Origin: Candidatus Methylomirabilis sp.
GTDB lineage: Bacteria > Methylomirabilota > Methylomirabilia > Methylomirabilales > Methylomirabilaceae
Assembly (NCBI GenBank): GCA_041498975.1
Contig: JBGQJI010000023.1
Span: 1 to 26,008 of the forward strand
DNA length: 26,008 nucleotides
Direction of reading: 5' to 3'
The notes beneath the pieces were generated by a model. The model saw only the letters and a list, made by a program, of their open reading frames with translations, ran no database searches and was not told the origin of the DNA. Below are positions 1 to 8,513 of this stretch, piece by piece. The first letter of the stretch is position 1; every line of letters begins with the position of its first letter. The translations under genes and the position numbers were made by a program.

Positions 1-291
1 GCCGCCCAGCTCCAGGCCCAGGACCTTGTCGGCCTCGTCCGCCTTGGCAGTCAGCATCAGGATTGGAAGCCTGGCACTCTCGGGTTCTTTGCGGAGCCGT
101 CGGCAGACATCGAGTCCGCTCAGGTGAGGGAGCATCAGATCCAGGATGAGCAGATCGGGCCGCTCACGCCTGACCAGTTCCAGAGCTTGAAGGCCATCAT
201 GACCCTGCAAGACACGAAATCCCTCCCGCTCCAAATGGTAGGCGACCAAGGCGGTGATGTCCTTCTCATCGTCCACGACAAGGACTTTCAT
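1..291 (-). CDS. Response regulator, OmpR/PhoB-like receiver domain (runs off the window edge)
   Basis: Manual translation from the ATG at 291: MKVLVVDDEKDITALVAYHLEREGFRV...PDLLILDLMLPHLSGLDVCRRLRKE...LPILMLTAKADEADKVLGLELGG. Has the receiver DD pair, the phospho-Asp (LDLMLP) and LTAK. Not in the ORF track. Confidence 0.93.
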   Translation of the reverse strand, partial: MKVLVVDDEKDITALVAYHLEREGFRVLQGHDGLQALELVRRERPDLLILDLMLPHLSGLDVCRRLRKEPESARLPILMLTAKADEADKVLGLELGG

Positions 292-441
292 GTCTCTGCC
301 TCTTTCTGATCGCGGCGAAAAATCCGGATCGACCGTCCCGACTCGGTCTGATCATAGCGACCTTCTCGGGAAGCTCCAAGGTTTTTCCCTCAACCAGGAC
401 CGGGTCGGAGGGTAACATCCCAATTTGATTTGCCTTCCCAT

Positions 442-774
442 TCAGCACGTTCTCTGAAGAAAGGTCTTCATCTCCTCAAGCCCCGAGAAGATCAGGAATG
501 CTCTATCACCGACCCTTCCCGCTAAGACCAGCGCGGGCGCGCCAGACTTTGGGCCGTTCGGTCCAGAATCGGTTTTGAAGGAGAGGTCGAACTCCCGGAA
601 CTGGCGAACCAACCCATCCTTCAGCTTCACCTCATACCTCCCTTCGCAGTACCCCACCGCTTCAACCTGATGGTCGGCGGGCGCGGCTTTCAGGTCTACG
701 GCCTTCCCTTGCTGCGCGCAAGACACGCCGATCCCCACCCACACCACGATCGCACCAATCAACATTCTTCTCAT
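442..774 (-). CDS. Small exported hypothetical protein with a YC...terminal C pair
   Basis: 110 aa with a hydrophobic N-terminal signal-like segment. GAGGAGG RBS upstream on the minus strand (780-786). FKTDS-GP and AGRVGDRA segments. No CxxCH. Confidence 0.8.
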   Translation of the reverse strand: MRRMLIGAIVVWVGIGVSCAQQGKAVDLKAAPADHQVEAVGYCEGRYEVKLKDGLVRQFREFDLSFKTDSGPNGPKSGAPALVLAGRVGDRAFLIFSGLEEMKTFLQRTC

Positions 775-1050
775 TGATGCCTCCTCAAAACCTGGGCGCT
801 GGAGGCTCTTCTGGCCCCCAAGCTCGATCGGTACCTCTCGCGGGTGCCGCCGTGGTTACCAGCAAGCTTCGGTGAATCCTGAGGCTATGATCATAAGCAG
901 AGAGGTCCATGAAACAGTAGGGAAAAGTTCAACAGTAGGGTCGCTGACTCTCTGCCTGGCAGCAGATTCTGTACGAGAGAGAGTTTAGATCATGACATCT
1001 TTCCCGTTGACGATTCCGCTTGACTCGATGAGTCGGCCATAGTAAAAACA

Positions 1051-1074
1051 CGATATGTTCAATGAAACATAACG
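1051..1074 (+). promoter_or_regulatory. ModE-type operator
   Basis: CGATATGTT-caatga-AACATAACG: arms 8/9 complementary with a 6-nt spacer, matching the ModE-box architecture CGnTATATA-N6-TATATAnCG. Lies 10 nt upstream of the modE-like ATG. Confidence 0.8.
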
Positions 1075-1084
1075 AGGCTGACCG

Positions 1085-1423
1085 ATGCGGTTAGAGGTGA
1101 AATCGAAGACGTGGTTGGAGGCCAACGGCAAGTTCATTATTGGCGAAGGCGGGATCGCGCTTCTGGAGGCGATCGACGAGCACGGGTCGATCCAGGAGGC
1201 TGCGAGACGGCTCGGCTGGTCATATCGGCACACCTGGGGGTATCTCAAGAACATGAAGCGCAATGCCGGCATGCGATTCGTGCTTGCCCGCCATGGAGGG
1301 ACGTCCCGTGGCGGGACGAACCTCACGCCGCAGGGACGCAAGCTTCTGCGTGAGTACAAGCGATTGCAGAAGACCTTGCAGACGACCGTCAAGAAGACGT
1401 CGCGGCTGTTCTTTTCCTACTAG
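1085..1423 (+). CDS. modE: ModE-family winged-HTH regulator (DNA-binding domain only)
   Basis: IGEGGIALLEAIDEHGSIQEAARRLGWSYRHTWGYL...HGGTSRGGTNLTPQG matches the ModE N-terminal domain. No TOBE domains. Confidence 0.85.
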   Translation: MRLEVKSKTWLEANGKFIIGEGGIALLEAIDEHGSIQEAARRLGWSYRHTWGYLKNMKRNAGMRFVLARHGGTSRGGTNLTPQGRKLLREYKRLQKTLQTTVKKTSRLFFSY

Positions 1424-1488
1424 GCTACCGATCGCCAGAGTGACGCTAGGCAACGAGACCTTGTGACATCGAAGTGGAGGTGAGGAGG

Positions 1489-1695
1489 ATGCAGGTGAGC
1501 ACGCGGAACGTGTTGCCCGGGGTAATCACGAAGGTGAAAGTGGGAAACGTGATGACCGAGGTGATCATGCAGGTCGGTGATCGAGAGCTGGTTGCTGCCA
1601 TCACAAGCGGATCGGCCAAGCGGATGAAGCTTAAAGTTGGCAACAAGGTGTTCGCCATGATCAAGGCCACCGAGGTGATGATCGCTAAAGAGTAG
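1489..1695 (+). CDS. Mop/TOBE molybdate/tungstate-binding protein (molbindin)
   Basis: MQVSTRNVLPG...AAITSGSAKRMKLKVG...AMIKATEV (SARN-like and IKA motifs). GAGGAGG directly precedes the ATG at 1489; a GTG start at 1474 is the alternative. Confidence 0.9.
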   Translation: MQVSTRNVLPGVITKVKVGNVMTEVIMQVGDRELVAAITSGSAKRMKLKVGNKVFAMIKATEVMIAKE

Positions 1696-1805
1696 CGTGA
1701 GGGGAACTATGAGAGCGATCAAGACCCAAAAGGTGCTTTCTGAGACAACGAGGTGGTAATGGAAGTTCTGCTGGCCGACTGAAGCGACGACGAGAGAGGA
1801 GAGCA

Positions 1806-2675
1806 ATGGAGAGGGCATGGTCGAGAATTGTCTTTGACCGCTTTGCCGTGGGTCTGATGGCGCTCGGCATCGTCCAGACTGGTCTGATCGGCGACGGGCG
1901 GGCCGCGAGCAACACGGTGATCCTGGCCACGACCACCAGCACGCAGGATTCCGGCCTGCTCGATGTCTTGGTCCCGATGTTTGAGAAACAGACCGGCTAT
2001 GTCGTGAAGACGATCTCCGTCGGGACCGGCCAGGCCCTGGCGCTGGGTGGCCGAGGGGAGGCCGACGTGGTGCTGGTCCATGCGCCGGAAGCAGAAAGAA
2101 AGTACGTGTCAGAAGGGACCCTGGTCAATCGCCGGCTGGTAATGCACAACGACTTCATCATCGTGGGCCCGGAGGCCGATCCCGCGCAGGTCCGCGGCCT
2201 CAGGAGGGCGATCGATGCCTTCCGCCGGATCGCCGAGGCACGGGCGGCATTCGTCTCGCGCGGCGACAACTCCGGGACAAACATTCTGGAAAAGAGATTG
2301 TGGAAGCAGGCGGGGATCGAGCCGTCAGGGGATTGGTACCTGCAAGCGGGGCAGGGGATGGGACAGACCCTTGGGATCGCGTCGGAGAAGCGCGCGTACA
2401 CCTTGACGGACCGGGGGACGTTGCTCGCCCTTGTGAAGCGCGTCCAGCTCCCGATCCTCGTGGAGAAGGATCCGCCGCTCCTGAATATCTACTCTGTCAT
2501 GGAGGTCAATCCGTCTCGTTTTCCGAAGGTGAATGCTGCTGGCGGCAAGGCGTTTGCGGATTTCATGGTCTCGCCCGGAGCCCAGGCTGTTATTAAATCG
2601 TTCGGGGTCGAGAGGTTCGGCGAGCCTCTCTTCTTCCCTGACGCCGGTAGGCGAGAGGAGGAGATCGGCCTCTAG
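1806..2675 (+). CDS. tupA: Tungstate ABC transporter substrate-binding protein
   Basis: Signal peptide, ATTTSTQDSGLLD (TupA TTTS signature), VGTGQAL, SRGDNSGT, YTLTDRGT. Confidence 0.92.
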   Translation: MERAWSRIVFDRFAVGLMALGIVQTGLIGDGRAASNTVILATTTSTQDSGLLDVLVPMFEKQTGYVVKTISVGTGQALALGGRGEADVVLVHAPEAERKYVSEGTLVNRRLVMHNDFIIVGPEADPAQVRGLRRAIDAFRRIAEARAAFVSRGDNSGTNILEKRLWKQAGIEPSGDWYLQAGQGMGQTLGIASEKRAYTLTDRGTLLALVKRVQLPILVEKDPPLLNIYSVMEVNPSRFPKVNAAGGKAFADFMVSPGAQAVIKSFGVERFGEPLFFPDAGRREEEIGL

Positions 2676-2899
2676 ATTGAAAGCACGGCAAGAAGGTCCT
2701 TACGACCCGACAAAAAGGGGCGCTCAGTTCCGCCGGCTAGGTCGATCCTGAACGCCCCGGGATACGAAGCGGTCGCCCGCCTCGACGCCCGTTCTATTTC
2801 CGCACTGCTCGAAGAGAAAGTCAAGGGGAAAGGCGGGCGCGAGGATGAGCTCTTGTCCACCGGGATGGCATTGAGGCTTATCAACTGGAGGGGGAAACG

Positions 2900-4351
2900 A
2901 TGCGAAGCGCTCTCGTCACAGCAAGCCTGCTCCTCATTGTGGCATTGAACTCGTCGCTCGCGACTGCTGCCGACAAGCTGGAGGATCTCGAGCGAGCCCT
3001 GGAAGCTCAGAAAAACGCGATTGGGCTGCTCCAGCAGGAAATCAACGTGCTCAAACAGGAACGCGCCCGCCAACAAGCGTTGGAGCAGGAGGTGCAGGGC
3101 CTCAAGGAGGCGCAACAACAGAACCAACAGTTGAAACGCGAGGTGGAACAACTCAAGGTCACCGCGCAGCCGAAGTTCGAGGCAGGTTTCGATCAATGGC
3201 AGCCATACATCCGATCGACCGATGGCAATTTCAAGCTGAGCCCGGTCGGCCGCATCCAGGTTGATTTTCGCGCCTACGAAGCGGGCGCCCGTAACCTGCC
3301 AGCCGCGGGCTCGGCTATTGGCACAGACCTGATGAATAACTTCCTGGTCAGACGAGGGCGGATCGGCCTGCAGGGGACCTTTTACAAGTACTTTGACTTC
3401 TTCGTGGAGGCTGACTTCGGCCAGGGGGCGGCCGTCCTCACAGACGGGTACCTCGATATCCACTACTGGCCGGAACTCAGGCTGCGGGCGGGCCAGTTCA
3501 AGGTCCCGTTCAGCTACGAGGAGCTGTTCTCGGACAACAACATCGACTTCGTGGAGCGATCGGTCACGGACAACCTGGTCCCGTCGCGAGACTTGGGCGC
3601 CATGCTCCACGGCTCGCTGTTCGGCGGCATCGTCAGTTACGCCGGGGGGATCTTCAATGGTTCCGGTCAGAATACAGCCGAGACCAATGATTCGAAGGAC
3701 CTAGCCGCCCGCCTGGTGGTGGCCCCGTTCAAGCAGACCGGCCTTGCCTGGCTGAAGAATCTGCAACTTGGGGGCGACGTGACATGGGGAGACGAGGACA
3801 GTGGTCAGAGCCTGCGGGGGCGAACTGACGGCCAGTTTGTCTTCTTCAATCGAATCAACACGAGAGGTGACCGGGTGCGCTACAGTGGCGAGGCGGCGTA
3901 CTACGAAGGGCCGTTCACGTTCTATGGAGAGTATATCCAGACCGAAGAGGATCGGAAGGGGCTCGGAGCCGGAGGTCGCGATCTGCCCGACCTCATCGGG
4001 CGGGGTTGGTACGTGACGACCACCTACCTGCTGACCGGCGAGACCAAGGTTCCGGGACAGCCAGTTATTCCTAACAGGTGGGCCTCACCGGTGGGCCCGC
4101 AGCGCGGATGGGGCGCATGGGAGTTGGCAGCACGATTCGCACAACTCGATTTCCGGGCAAAGGATATCACGGGCAACCGGGTCGATGCCCTGACCCTTGG
4201 GGTGAACTGGTACTTGACGCCTAACGTGAAATGGCTTTTCAACTTTGTCCAGAACTGGTTCTCGGATGAGAAACGAACCCCGTTCAGTGGAGAAAATCCA
4301 CGCGGCACAGAGGCGTGGGAGTTCCTCACGCGCCTGCAACTTTGGTTCTGA
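2900..4351 (+). CDS. Outer-membrane porin, OprO/OprP (anion-selective) family, with N-terminal coiled coil
   Basis: Signal peptide, Q/E-rich coiled coil, RRGRIGLQG, RAGQFKVPFSYEEL, DFVERS, GAWELAARF, LGVNWYL, C-terminal Phe (RLQLWF). Confidence 0.85.
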   Translation: MRSALVTASLLLIVALNSSLATAADKLEDLERALEAQKNAIGLLQQEINVLKQERARQQALEQEVQGLKEAQQQNQQLKREVEQLKVTAQPKFEAGFDQWQPYIRSTDGNFKLSPVGRIQVDFRAYEAGARNLPAAGSAIGTDLMNNFLVRRGRIGLQGTFYKYFDFFVEADFGQGAAVLTDGYLDIHYWPELRLRAGQFKVPFSYEELFSDNNIDFVERSVTDNLVPSRDLGAMLHGSLFGGIVSYAGGIFNGSGQNTAETNDSKDLAARLVVAPFKQTGLAWLKNLQLGGDVTWGDEDSGQSLRGRTDGQFVFFNRINTRGDRVRYSGEAAYYEGPFTFYGEYIQTEEDRKGLGAGGRDLPDLIGRGWYVTTTYLLTGETKVPGQPVIPNRWASPVGPQRGWGAWELAARFAQLDFRAKDITGNRVDALTLGVNWYLTPNVKWLFNFVQNWFSDEKRTPFSGENPRGTEAWEFLTRLQLWF

Positions 4352-4550
4352 TCTGGTAGACGGTCCAGCGACAGGAGGGAGGGACAGGCCAGGAGACAGG
4401 GGTCCGTTCGGCGCACGCTTTGCCTTTTGACGGGCAATCGGGATATACTCGAAATCGATTCCGACAAGAGAGCCTGGAACGGTCGGGTCGCTCGACGACG
4501 GCCAGAGGCTACCATCGGGATCTCCAATGGGCCCATCGCGCGGAGCCGAG

Positions 4551-5711
4551 ATGACCCCTTCTGCCCAGAGCCGTCATGGATCTATCCGATTCGACCGCAA
4601 TGAACTGTCTGGCGCATTTGGGGATATCGGAACGGACCTACCTCTGATTGTCGGGATGATCCTCGCCTCTGGCCTCGATACCGCAAGCGTCTTGATCATG
4701 TTTGGCGCAATGCAACTCTTCACAGCCCTCAGCTACGGACTTCCCATGCCTGTGCAGCCGCTGAAGGCTGTTGGGGTCATCGTGATTACCCAGAAGCTCG
4801 GTGGAAACATCCTGTATGGCGGGGGCCTCGCTATCGGGATCTTGATGGCTCTGTTCACGGTAACTGGTCTGGTGGATTGGCTCGCTCAGGTGATTCCCAA
4901 GAGCGTGATTCGTGGGATCCAGTTTGGCCTGGGACTTCAGCTTGCGTCGCTCGCCCTGAAGGAGTATATGCGGGCAGATGGTGTCGCCGGGTATGGGTTG
5001 GCCGCCATCGGTTTCATCCTCACCATCTTTCTACTTGGGAATCGGAGATATCCTCCTGCCTTGTTCGTCCTGTCAGTGGGCGTGATTTACGCGTTCCTCT
5101 TCAAGCCAGATGCAATCGCCGCGATGCACGAAGTGGGGTTCAGTCTGCCTCGAATTCACAGGCCTTCGTGGCAGGACATGCTGACAGGTTTTGTTGTGCT
5201 GGCGCTGCCGCAGATACCGCTGTCGCTGGGCAACTCGATCCTGGCAACCCGCCAGATCGCACAAGACTTCTTTCCCGACCACCCGATTGGCGTACGCAAA
5301 ATCAGCCTCACCTATGCGCTGATGAATCTCATCAACCCCTTTTTCAGCGGGATTCCGACCTGTCATGGGTCGGGCGGACTGGCGGGACACTATGCCTTTG
5401 GCGCACGGACAGGCGGGTCAGTGGTGATCTACGGCTCGATGTATCTGGTCTTGGGGCTGTTTTTCAGCAGCGGCTTTGGAAAAATCGTTCAGGTATTTCC
5501 GTTATCGATTTTGGGCGTAGTTCTCCTATTCGAAGGTCTGACCTTGATGATGTTGATGAGGGACCTGTCTGATTCCGCTGGAGACTTCTCCACGAGTGTC
5601 CTTGTAGGCTTGATGGCCAGCGGCCTGCCGTATGGGTATCTCCTCGGGCTCGTCGTCGGAACACTGTTGGACCACGTTTCGCGCAGGCGCCTGACTGGAT
5701 TGGTCAAGTGA
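4551..5711 (+). CDS. MOT1-family molybdate transporter
   Basis: ELSGAFGDIGT, PMPVQPLKAV, PQIPLSLGNSILA, PTCHGSGGLAGHYAFGARTG are MOT1-type motifs; many TM segments. Start may be 4527. Confidence 0.85.
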   Translation: MTPSAQSRHGSIRFDRNELSGAFGDIGTDLPLIVGMILASGLDTASVLIMFGAMQLFTALSYGLPMPVQPLKAVGVIVITQKLGGNILYGGGLAIGILMALFTVTGLVDWLAQVIPKSVIRGIQFGLGLQLASLALKEYMRADGVAGYGLAAIGFILTIFLLGNRRYPPALFVLSVGVIYAFLFKPDAIAAMHEVGFSLPRIHRPSWQDMLTGFVVLALPQIPLSLGNSILATRQIAQDFFPDHPIGVRKISLTYALMNLINPFFSGIPTCHGSGGLAGHYAFGARTGGSVVIYGSMYLVLGLFFSSGFGKIVQVFPLSILGVVLLFEGLTLMMLMRDLSDSAGDFSTSVLVGLMASGLPYGYLLGLVVGTLLDHVSRRRLTGLVK

Positions 5712-5721
5712 AGGAGATGAA

Positions 5722-6420
5722 ATGGAGCTAGTCTGGCAAGGCACCAAGCAAGCGGTCTACCTTCTCATTCACGGCGACCCGGAGGTCCTGCGGATTACGC
5801 TGCTCTCGCTGCAAGTCTCAGGGACCGCCACGCTCCTCAGTCTCCTGGCCGGGATTCCACTCGGCACCATCCTCGCCCTGACCCGCTTTCCGGGGCGGAG
5901 CATCGCCATTAGCCTCGTCAACACCGGGATGGGGCTGCCGCCGGTGGTGGTCGGCCTCTTTGTAAGCATCTTCTTGTGGCGGAGCGGCCCGCTCGGGTTC
6001 CTGGGGCTCCTTTATACGCCGACGGCCATCGTCATCGCCCAGCTCGTCATCGCCGCTCCGATCGTCACCGGCCTCACCGTGGCCGCAGTCCAACAGTTGA
6101 ACCCGAGACTCCGCGTGCAGCTTGTCGGGCTCGGAGCGTCGCGGTTCCAGGTCGTCTGGCTGCTCCTGAAAGAGGCGCGGCTGCCGCTTCTGGCCGCGGT
6201 GATGGCCGGCTTCGGCGGCGTCATTTCAGAAATCGGCGCCTCCATGATGGTGGGCGGCAATATCTACCGGCAGACCCGTGTCCTCACAACCGCTACTGTC
6301 CTCGAAACCAGCAGGGGGAACTTCGACATGGCGATCGCGCTCAGCCTCCTTCTATTGCTCCTTACCTTTGCGGTCAACTGGACCCTCACCTGGGTCCAAC
6401 AACGAGGGCGGACACCGTGA
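5722..6420 (+). CDS. tupB: Tungstate ABC transporter permease
   Basis: NTGMGLPPVVVGL, GFGGVISEIGASMMVGGNI, TRVLTTA; GGAG RBS. Confidence 0.92.
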   Translation: MELVWQGTKQAVYLLIHGDPEVLRITLLSLQVSGTATLLSLLAGIPLGTILALTRFPGRSIAISLVNTGMGLPPVVVGLFVSIFLWRSGPLGFLGLLYTPTAIVIAQLVIAAPIVTGLTVAAVQQLNPRLRVQLVGLGASRFQVVWLLLKEARLPLLAAVMAGFGGVISEIGASMMVGGNIYRQTRVLTTATVLETSRGNFDMAIALSLLLLLLTFAVNWTLTWVQQRGRTP

Positions 6421-7508
6421 GCGGGCCGATACTGGGTCTCGAGAAAGTCAGGGTCACATACGATGGGATCCGGGTTCTGGAGGTTCCGTCGCTTGACATC
6501 CAGGAGGGCGTAACCCTGGCCGTCATCGGGCCGAATGGGGCCGGCAAATCAACGCTGCTCCGACTCCTCGGGCTCTTGGAGCGTCCGACCGAAGGGCGCG
6601 TCCTCTTCCGCGGCCAGCCAGTTCCACCCTGGGGCAAGCTCCTCCCGCTGCGCCGACGCATGGCGACCGTCTTTCAGGAGCCGCTGCTCTTGGACGGGAC
6701 CGTGGAGGAAAATGTCGCTCTTGGGCTTCGGTTCCGCCACGCCGATCCAGCCGTGGTACGCAGGCGCGTCCAGGAAGGCATGGGCATCCTTGGCATCGGG
6801 CACCTGGCCAGGCGCCGCACCCGGACCCTTTCGGGAGGCGAGGCTCAAAGAGTCAGCCTGGCAAGGGCCCTGGTCCTCGATCCGGAGGTGTTTCTCCTCG
6901 ATGAGCCGTTCGCCGCCCTCGACTCACCGACCCGCGAGGGGCTTCTCGCGGACCTCAAGACGATCCTCAGCAAGACCAGGATCACCACGATCTTCGTGAC
7001 GCACGATAGGGACGAGGCGCTGGCGCTCGGCGATCAGGTCGCCGTCATGATCGGGGGGCGGATCCTTCAGGTTGATGTGCCGGAACGGGTGTTCGCAAGC
7101 CCTGTCAGCGAACAGGTGGCCCGCTTTGTCGGCGTTGAAACGATTCTCCCGGGTAATGTCCAATCCGTACGCGAAGGACTAGCCACGGTTGAGGTCGCGG
7201 GCTGGACTCTCGACGTGGCAGCGCCCTTGACTGCTGGGGAGCGGGTCCTGATCTGCCTTCGTCCGGAGGAACTCACCCTCTTCCCGAGTGGAGTCTTGCC
7301 TGCCCCATCCAGCGCGAGGAACCAGCTTCGCGGGAAGGTGGTCCACCACCTGCCGACCGGCCCGATCTATCGGGTCACGATCGACTGCGGCCTCCTGGTC
7401 ATGGCCGCCGTGACACGGCAGTCGTGGGAGCAGCTCGGCCTCGCCGACGGGGCGGAGGTCGTGGTATCGTTCAAGGCTAGCGCACCCCACGTGATCCGCC
7501 GCGCTTGA
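6417..7508 (+). CDS. tupC: Tungstate ABC transporter ATP-binding protein with C-terminal TOBE domains
   Basis: GTG start overlaps the tupB stop (GTGA). Walker A GPNGAGKS, LSGGE, LLDEP, SSARNQLRG. The ORF-track start at 5976 is an over-extension. Confidence 0.9.
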   Translation: MSGPILGLEKVRVTYDGIRVLEVPSLDIQEGVTLAVIGPNGAGKSTLLRLLGLLERPTEGRVLFRGQPVPPWGKLLPLRRRMATVFQEPLLLDGTVEENVALGLRFRHADPAVVRRRVQEGMGILGIGHLARRRTRTLSGGEAQRVSLARALVLDPEVFLLDEPFAALDSPTREGLLADLKTILSKTRITTIFVTHDRDEALALGDQVAVMIGGRILQVDVPERVFASPVSEQVARFVGVETILPGNVQSVREGLATVEVAGWTLDVAAPLTAGERVLICLRPEELTLFPSGVLPAPSSARNQLRGKVVHHLPTGPIYRVTIDCGLLVMAAVTRQSWEQLGLADGAEVVVSFKASAPHVIRRA

Positions 7509-7520
7509 TCCTTTTTCCTC

Positions 7521-7549
7521 TTGACTTTCGAGGCTCGCTTGATTAGGCT
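7521..7549 (+). promoter_or_regulatory. Putative sigma70 promoter for DUF465-moaC-acuC
   Basis: TTGACT-17 nt-TAGGCT. Confidence 0.55.
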
Positions 7550-7719
7550 GAGAGGGAATTGGGATACCTCCTCACCATATATGCCTGCCTTCATGCAAGA
7601 GTTGCCCATCCTGTTTGTGTTCAGAGGCGATCGTCACTGCGAGCGTTCTACCGTTGAATCTCATTCAGCGACGAGGTTTTCGCCATTGTCGTCCAAATCC
7701 ACGGGAAAGGAGGTAAAAG

Positions 7720-7968
7720 ATGGAGGAGACGGAAGCACAACTCTTTGCTCGTCTCAGGGATGAGGACGCGGATTTCCGGCGGCTGGCTGAGAAGCACCGG
7801 GAATTCGATGTGAAGATCAGCGAGTTCGACCGGATCTACTACCTGACGAGCGAGCAAGAGCGCAAACGGAAGGAGCTACAGAAACTCAAGCTGAGAATCA
7901 AGGACGAGATGTACGTCATCATGCGGCAGTACCGTCACAGACACGCCACCGCCACCAACGAGAAATGA
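7720..7968 (+). CDS. DUF465/YdcH-family coiled-coil protein
   Basis: FRRLAEKHREFDVKI...KELQKLKLRIKDEMY; strong AAAGGAGGT RBS. Confidence 0.8.
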   Translation: MEETEAQLFARLRDEDADFRRLAEKHREFDVKISEFDRIYYLTSEQERKRKELQKLKLRIKDEMYVIMRQYRHRHATATNEK

Positions 7969-8462
7969 AGCGGCTCAGTCACGTCGATCGGCGGGGCCGG
8001 GCCTGCATGGTCGATATCAGCGGCAAGGATGAGACCGTGCGGGAGGCTGTTGCCAGAGGCGTGATCACCATGCAGCCCGGGACCCTCCGCATGATCCAGG
8101 AGGGGTCGGTTCCCAAAGGCGATGTCCTGGCTGTTGCCAGGCTCGCCGGGGTCATGGCGGCAAAGCGGGTGCCCGACCTCATTCCACTCTGTCATCCTCT
8201 CCTGCTCACCAGCGCCGAAGTCGAGTTCACCCCCATCGAGAAATCAGGCCGCCTCGACATCGAATCACGGATTCGGATTACCGGCCGGACCGGTGCGGAA
8301 ATGGAAGCCCTCGCTGCCGTGGCCATGGCAGCGCTGACCGTCTACGACATGTGCAAGGCGGTGGACAAGGAGATGGTGATCGGTTCGATTCGGTTGGTCG
8401 CCAAAAAGGGGGGGAAGAGCGGGACGTATCGTCGGCCCGGCGAGAACGGAGCCGGGCCCTGA
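7965..8462 (+). CDS. moaC: Cyclic pyranopterin monophosphate synthase
   Basis: LSHVD...MVDISGK, KGDVL, LIPLCHPL, TGAEMEAL, YDMCKAVD, KKGGKSG. Confidence 0.97.
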   Translation: MKRLSHVDRRGRACMVDISGKDETVREAVARGVITMQPGTLRMIQEGSVPKGDVLAVARLAGVMAAKRVPDLIPLCHPLLLTSAEVEFTPIEKSGRLDIESRIRITGRTGAEMEALAAVAMAALTVYDMCKAVDKEMVIGSIRLVAKKGGKSGTYRRPGENGAGP

Positions 8463-8513
8463 CAGGCTCTGCCAAAGGATTGGGAGCCCCGACCTCTTGC
8501 CTGGTGTCTCAGG

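Noticed and set aside
1709..1759. 16-codon ORF MRAIKTQKVLSETTRW between mop and tupA
   Set aside because: It has a purine-rich RBS-like sequence but is too short, with no other support.
7550..7719. Moco/Wco riboswitch upstream of DUF465-moaC
   Set aside because: The leader is long and ends in GGAAAGGAG, but I cannot find the other conserved motif elements; an Rfam scan would settle it.
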